Positions 60,752 to 64,000 of a stretch of DNA of 64,000 bases are shown piece by piece. The stretch covers positions 256,001-320,000 of the forward strand of contig CBDDIJ010000005.1 of NCBI GenBank assembly GCA_965228855.1. Reading direction: 5' to 3'. The notes under the pieces are model-generated. The model had not been told where the DNA came from. It worked only from the letters and a program-made list of their open reading frames with translations, and searched no databases. Position numbers and translations under genes: made by a program. Position 1 is the stretch's first letter, and the number at the start of each line of letters is the position of its first letter. The DNA comes from Candidatus Obscuribacterales bacterium (lineage in GTDB: Bacteria; Cyanobacteriota; Vampirovibrionia; Obscuribacterales; Obscuribacteraceae).

Positions 60752-61870
60752 ATGTTTGCAAATTCCAGGCGTTTTTTACCGCTGCTGACGGCGGCGGCGA
60801 TCGGTTTCTGCGGGCAAGCCGCTTTTGCCCTAGACGTAAACGCGGACCTGCTCGAGAACCAGGATGACAAAGACGTCGAAGAGGTGGTTCCTTCAACCAA
60901 GAATGAGCCAGCCGCAATTGCTCAACCGGCCGCTCCTCTTGGTCTGGAAGCCACAATCGCTCGATTAAAAAGCAGCAGGACCGGCAAGCCTAGACTTGCG
61001 CTCACACTTGCTGGGGGCGGCTCTCGCGGAGCGGCACACATCGGCGTGCTAAAAGTTCTCGAGAGAGAGGGAATCAAACCTGACTTTATCGCCGGGAGCA
61101 GCATCGGTGGAATGATCGGTGCGCTGTACGCCTCCGGTCTGAGCGCAGCACAGATCGAGAAGCTCGCGTTGAACGGCGAATTGAAAAAGGCATACTTTCC
61201 ACTCCCGCAAAAAGTGCAATCGTTTCTATACTCAATCAGATACGGACTCTGTCGAATGGTATTGATTCATCCTAAGATTGGCTTGTATAGCGGCGATTCC
61301 ATAGCCAAGTTTGTTGAGAAGCAGTTGCCTGAAGGGGTCGAGAATTTCGAGGATCTGAAAATTCCATTTGCTGTAGCCGCAGTGAATCTGGTGGACACAA
61401 AACCCGTTTGGATGAGCAAAGGAAAAATCTCTACGGCAGTGAGAGCCAGCAACACCGTTCCATTCATCTACAGACCGATCGGTCCAAAAGATGGAGCACA
61501 GCTCGTGGATGCGGGCATTCGAGACAACCTGCCTACCGACATCGCAGACGCGATTGGTTCACCACTGGTAGTGGCAGTGAAGCTGCACTCCTATCTGGAG
61601 AAAGTTCCGCTGAAAGAGTTTGACACAAACTTCGACTACGCTGACCGCATCACAAGTATTTTCATGGCTGAAATTGAAAACAAGGGTGTGTCCAAAGCCG
61701 ACGTTTTAATCGAGCCCAAAGTACAGTTCATGAACATGCAATCGTTCAACAAGAAAGAGATGTCCAAAGCGATTGCTGTTGGCGAACAAGCAGCTGAACA
61801 AGCGCTTCCCGAAATAAAGCGAAGACTTGGAACCGGTGTCGCTCACAGCGAATCGAAAACAAAACTTTAA
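60752..61870 (+). CDS. Patatin-like phospholipase with signal peptide
   Basis: GGGSRGAAHIG, GSSIG nucleophile elbow, DAG; start behind a GGAG RBS. Confidence 0.9.
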   Translation: MFANSRRFLPLLTAAAIGFCGQAAFALDVNADLLENQDDKDVEEVVPSTKNEPAAIAQPAAPLGLEATIARLKSSRTGKPRLALTLAGGGSRGAAHIGVLKVLEREGIKPDFIAGSSIGGMIGALYASGLSAAQIEKLALNGELKKAYFPLPQKVQSFLYSIRYGLCRMVLIHPKIGLYSGDSIAKFVEKQLPEGVENFEDLKIPFAVAAVNLVDTKPVWMSKGKISTAVRASNTVPFIYRPIGPKDGAQLVDAGIRDNLPTDIADAIGSPLVVAVKLHSYLEKVPLKEFDTNFDYADRITSIFMAEIENKGVSKADVLIEPKVQFMNMQSFNKKEMSKAIAVGEQAAEQALPEIKRRLGTGVAHSESKTKL

Positions 61871-63147
61871 GTCTTACTTCCGACAAGTTGCGCGAGATCA
61901 ACCGCAAAAGTGGGATAGGAGACGCTCATGCATGAAGGATCATCGATGTCGAGCTGAGCGTCAAAAACTTGGGCTGCAATTAAACCGGTCATGGCTAAAC
62001 GATGGTCGAGATGAGTCAGCCAGGGGCTTCCACCTCGAATCGTTTTCTGCCCTTTGATTGTGAAACCATCCGGTTGTTCTTCTACTTTCACGCCGGCAGC
62101 CTTCAGGTTATCGCACAATGAAGTAATGCGGTCGCTCTCTTTATGACGTAATTCGGCGGCGCCGGAAACGTGGAACTCGCCCTCGCAAAGCGCACCGGCA
62201 ATTGCAAGAATCGGAATCTCGTCTATACCGGATGCGATGCTATCCGGCGGCACAGCGATCCCTTTCAAACGACCGTTGTATCGAATGTGGATATCTGCAA
62301 CTGGTTCTCCGCACAGAACCCGAGCGTTCTCAATCTCAACCGAAGCGCCCATACTGCGCAGTATATCAACGATCAAGGTACGACCAGGATTCATACCAAC
62401 AGTCGTCAATGTCAGGTCGGAACCGGGTGAACATGCAGCAGCCACCATAAAAAACGCGGCAGAAGAGATATCGGATGGAACGGTCAGTTCATAAGCATTA
62501 ACCGGCTTTGCCAGCCGCTTGACGCTCAGCGTCTTGCCGTTCTGATTAAACGGAATGCCTATGTATTCGAACATTCTGCGAGTGTGATCTCGCACCGTAT
62601 GCGGTGCAGTTACCGATGTCTCGCCGTCAGCTTGAAGACCCGCAAGAAGGACACAAGCCTCGACTTGCGCAGATGCTACTTTCAGCTCGAAGCTTTTGCC
62701 AATCAGGTTGCCACCCGTTATTTGGAATGGGGCAAATGTATCTTCACTTGCTGAGACCTGCGCCCCGAGTTCACGCAGAGGCTCGAACACTCGCTTCATC
62801 GTGCGTTTCCGCAGCGACTCATCCCCATCGAACTTACTGACGAACGGTCGGCCAGCCACCAGTCCCGACATCAATCGAATGGTCGTTCCGCTGTTTCCGG
62901 CATCGAGAATATCCGTGGGATCCACCAGCGAATCGATTCCATTATTCTCAATCTCGAATACGCCCGTTTCGTCACGAGTTATTTTTAGTCCGAGCTTTCG
63001 CAAGCACTCGGCGGAACTCTCGACATCGTGGGCAGGCGAACAGTTAAAAACCCGGCTCTTGCCCGTGCTAAACGCCGAAAAGATCAGCGCACGATGAGAT
63101 ATTGATTTATCGCCCGGGACAGTGAGCGAACCGATGAAGGGTGCCAT
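61867..63147 (-). CDS. aroA: 3-phosphoshikimate 1-carboxyvinyltransferase
   Basis: PGDKSISHRA, GNSGTT, ASAQV, RDHT, DEIP, ELRHKESDRI, DHRLAM, SYP. Confidence 0.97.
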   Translation of the reverse strand: MAPFIGSLTVPGDKSISHRALIFSAFSTGKSRVFNCSPAHDVESSAECLRKLGLKITRDETGVFEIENNGIDSLVDPTDILDAGNSGTTIRLMSGLVAGRPFVSKFDGDESLRKRTMKRVFEPLRELGAQVSASEDTFAPFQITGGNLIGKSFELKVASAQVEACVLLAGLQADGETSVTAPHTVRDHTRRMFEYIGIPFNQNGKTLSVKRLAKPVNAYELTVPSDISSAAFFMVAAACSPGSDLTLTTVGMNPGRTLIVDILRSMGASVEIENARVLCGEPVADIHIRYNGRLKGIAVPPDSIASGIDEIPILAIAGALCEGEFHVSGAAELRHKESDRITSLCDNLKAAGVKVEEQPDGFTIKGQKTIRGGSPWLTHLDHRLAMTGLIAAQVFDAQLDIDDPSCMSVSYPTFAVDLAQLVGSKT

Positions 63148-63248
63148 TACGATTTACCTGTAACAGATTTACATCCGTTTGAGATGCGGAAAAACAGTCG
63201 CTCACTATTGTAAGATCATCGGGTCCGAAGAAACACAGGATTCATGAG

Positions 63249-64000
63249 ATGTTGCGGTTCTTAACAAGCGGCGAATCACACGGCAAAGGCCTGGTAGCTA
63301 TGCTGGAAGGTTTTCCTTCCGGACTGGCCGTCGATGGTGAAAAGATAAATGACGAATTGTTCAAACGGCAGCAGGGCTACGGCCGCGGTGCTCGCCAAAA
63401 GATTGAAAAGGACAAGGCGGAAATTTTAAGTGGTGTTCGGCATGGCACCACCACCGGTGCCCCGATCGCGTTATTGATTGAAAACAAAGATTGGGCTAAC
63501 TGGCTTGACGTGATGTCTACTGAGCCCGTCGACGTAACGGACAGCGAGATAGCAGACAAACTAGCGAAGAAGACGATAAAACATTTCCGCCCGGGTCACG
63601 CCGATCTTGCCGGTACGATCAAGTACAAGCACGATGATATTCGCAATGTGTTGGAACGGGCAAGCGCCAGAGAGACGGCCGCGAGAGTCGCTGCTGGTGC
63701 TCTCTGCCAGCAGTTTCTCGCCGCCTTCGGAATAAAAATAGTCAGCCACGTTATCCAGGTTGGATCGGTAAAGGCCGGCACGGCGGAAGACGATGACCTG
63801 GAAAGAATTGAAGCGGCAATCGCCGACTCAGAGCTATTCTGCGCGTCACAAGATGCGACCGAAGAGATGAAAAATTACATCAAGGAGACCTGGAGTGAAG
63901 GAGACAGCCTCGGCGGAGTAATCGAGGTTCTCGCCGACGGCTTGCCTGTAGGATTGGGCAGCTATACACAGTGGGACAGGAAGCTCGATGGACGTCTGGC
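63249..64000 (+). CDS. aroC: Chorismate synthase (partial, runs off the window edge)
   Basis: ATG at 63249 gives MLRFLTSGESHGKG, RQQGYGRG, RPGHADLAG, LERASARETAARVAAG, GDSLGG; absent from the ORF track because it has no stop in the window. Confidence 0.95.
   Translation, partial: MLRFLTSGESHGKGLVAMLEGFPSGLAVDGEKINDELFKRQQGYGRGARQKIEKDKAEILSGVRHGTTTGAPIALLIENKDWANWLDVMSTEPVDVTDSEIADKLAKKTIKHFRPGHADLAGTIKYKHDDIRNVLERASARETAARVAAGALCQQFLAAFGIKIVSHVIQVGSVKAGTAEDDDLERIEAAIADSELFCASQDATEEMKNYIKETWSEGDSLGGVIEVLADGLPVGLGSYTQWDRKLDGRL

Overview
Gene-dense bacterial chromosomal window of roughly 50% GC, with no rRNA, tRNA, CRISPR array, transposase, integrase or phage genes that I could recognise. Housekeeping genes (serA, sbcC, rsmG, malQ, purB, aroA, partial aroC) are mixed with Ser/Thr kinases, TPR proteins, a TPR-CHAT protease and two-component proteins. 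That mix, with cyanobacteria-like core proteins and no photosynthesis genes, suggests a non-photosynthetic Cyanobacteriota relative (Melainabacteria/Vampirovibrionia, Obscuribacterales-like); this is inference only. Main observations: (1) a co-oriented run of aac(6')-I-like, opine dehydrogenase, EamA exporter and VOC genes, whose 460-bp spacer holds two long hairpins and a triplicated/duplicated repeat, and whose dehydrogenase is split by a 1-nt deletion; (2) a two-domain multicopper-oxidase homologue that has lost almost all copper ligands; (3) a protein fusing an HPD-less J-like domain, MshEN-type motifs and a very long acidic tail; (4) a BPH-like proteasome beta homologue; (5) a stand-alone AbiTii-like gene; (6) a shared palindromic operator-like motif. 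All family assignments come from motif recognition by eye, not database searches.
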